This document shows positions 63,389-64,000 of a DNA stretch of 64,000 nucleotides, piece after piece. A program made the position numbers and the translations under genes. Under the pieces are notes generated by a model, which had not been told where the DNA came from, did not search any database, and saw only the letters and a program-made list of their open reading frames with translations. Source of the DNA: Chloroflexota bacterium (GTDB lineage: Bacteria > Chloroflexota > Anaerolineae > Anaerolineales > UBA11858); NCBI GenBank assembly GCA_016865865.1, contig VGOC01000004.1, positions 17,388 through 81,387 of the forward strand, read 5' to 3'. Position 1 is the stretch's first letter. Each line of letters begins with the position of its first letter.

Positions 63389-63431
63389 AAAATAGGGGTG
63401 TGAGGCGCTCTGCGCCACACACCCCTATTTT
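63389..63431 (-). terminator. Terminator hairpin after dnaN
   Basis: The minus strand reads AAAATAGGGGTGTGTGGCGC-ag-AGCGCCTCACACCCCTATTTTT. The stem is followed by a T-run, 19 nt after the dnaN stop. Confidence 0.6.
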
Positions 63432-63449
63432 GTGGTCAGGCGAACGCGC

Positions 63450-64000
63450 TTAGCTGCCCAGATGCATGGGCATAATCACATGCAAGAAATCCTTCTGGCC
63501 TACCGGGCGAATGACCCCCGGGCTGGTATCCGCAGTAGTCTCCAGGGCGACATTAGGGGTCTTGACCACATCCAGCACTTCTCGCAAGAAGCGCACGTTG
63601 AAAGCGATCAATATCGGCGGGCCTTCGATGGAGGCATCCACGATGGTCTGGTTCGACCCTGTCTCTTCAGATTGCCCTGAAATTTCCACCGTGCCAGGCT
63701 GCAATTCTCCCCCGGGTGTAACGCTCACCCTGGCGATCAAAGTTCCCTCGCGGGCGAAGATTTCGGCCTGTTTGCAGGCCTTCAGGAAAGCATCCGTGGC
63801 GAGTACTGTGCGAGTTTGGTGGCTGTGCGGGATGATCTGCTCGTAATCGGGGAAGGAACCTTCGATCAACTGCGAGGCCAATTCTACACTTTGGGTGCGG
63901 AAGATCACGCGTCCGCTTTGGGGTGGCAGCAGCATGGTGATGGTTTCATTGCCATTCGAGCCTGAAGATGAGGTGATGCGAGCTAATTCGCTCAGCGCCC
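63450..64000 (-). CDS. dnaN: DNA polymerase III beta sliding clamp, C-terminal part (runs off the window)
   Basis: The frame is open to the window edge. The C-terminus PGVIRPVGQKDFLHVIMPMHLGS is dnaN-like, and domain III is beta-rich. Confidence 0.85.
   Translation of the reverse strand, partial: ALSELARITSSSGSNGNETITMLLPPQSGRVIFRTQSVELASQLIEGSFPDYEQIIPHSHQTRTVLATDAFLKACKQAEIFAREGTLIARVSVTPGGELQPGTVEISGQSEETGSNQTIVDASIEGPPILIAFNVRFLREVLDVVKTPNVALETTADTSPGVIRPVGQKDFLHVIMPMHLGS

Overview
Gene-dense bacterial chromosomal window that looks fairly GC-rich by eye. Most genes are on the minus strand and the right edge ends inside dnaN. The gene content (archaeal-type mevalonate genes, a C39_2-TPR protein, GAF kinases) suggests Chloroflexota, but that is a low-confidence inference.

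Main content, left to right:
1. An upper mevalonate operon: class II HMG-CoA reductase, HMG-CoA synthase, thiolase and a DUF35 scaffold protein.
2. A GAF histidine kinase and tRNA-Glu(UUC).
3. A roughly 7.7 kb bacterial microcompartment (BMC) operon of the sugar-phosphate/deoxyribose-5-P type. It encodes a GntR regulator, RpiB, DeoC, an acylating aldehyde dehydrogenase, 1 BMC-H, 1 CcmP-like BMC-T, 4 BMC-P and EutJ.
4. der, cdaR, cdaA and a coaE fusion.
5. An Opp/Dpp ABC operon.
6. queG carrying in-frame repeat insertions.
7. A Fur-family regulated seven-gene metal-uptake block (CbiM(N)QO Ni/Co ECF transporter plus a Znu/Mnt-type ABC transporter) with a consensus promoter and a 17+17 nt palindromic operator.
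8. A decayed HNH endonuclease gene, miaB, an MntA/HepT toxin-antitoxin pair, an acyl-CoA mutase large subunit, cell-envelope genes, sbcD, and ftsK-DUF1848-nitroreductase.
9. A nickel superoxide dismutase cluster in which sodN and its maturation protease sodX are separated by two orphan Nik/Dpp-type ABC permeases. One permease is fused to a degenerate class III nucleotide-cyclase-like domain.
10. greA, lysS, a deoxynucleoside kinase and a PEP-utilising-domain protein.

Two families of miniature palindromic elements with target-site duplications are scattered through intergenic regions. One copy sits between the promoter and the first gene of the BMC operon. No CRISPR array, rRNA, integrase or transposase was recognised.
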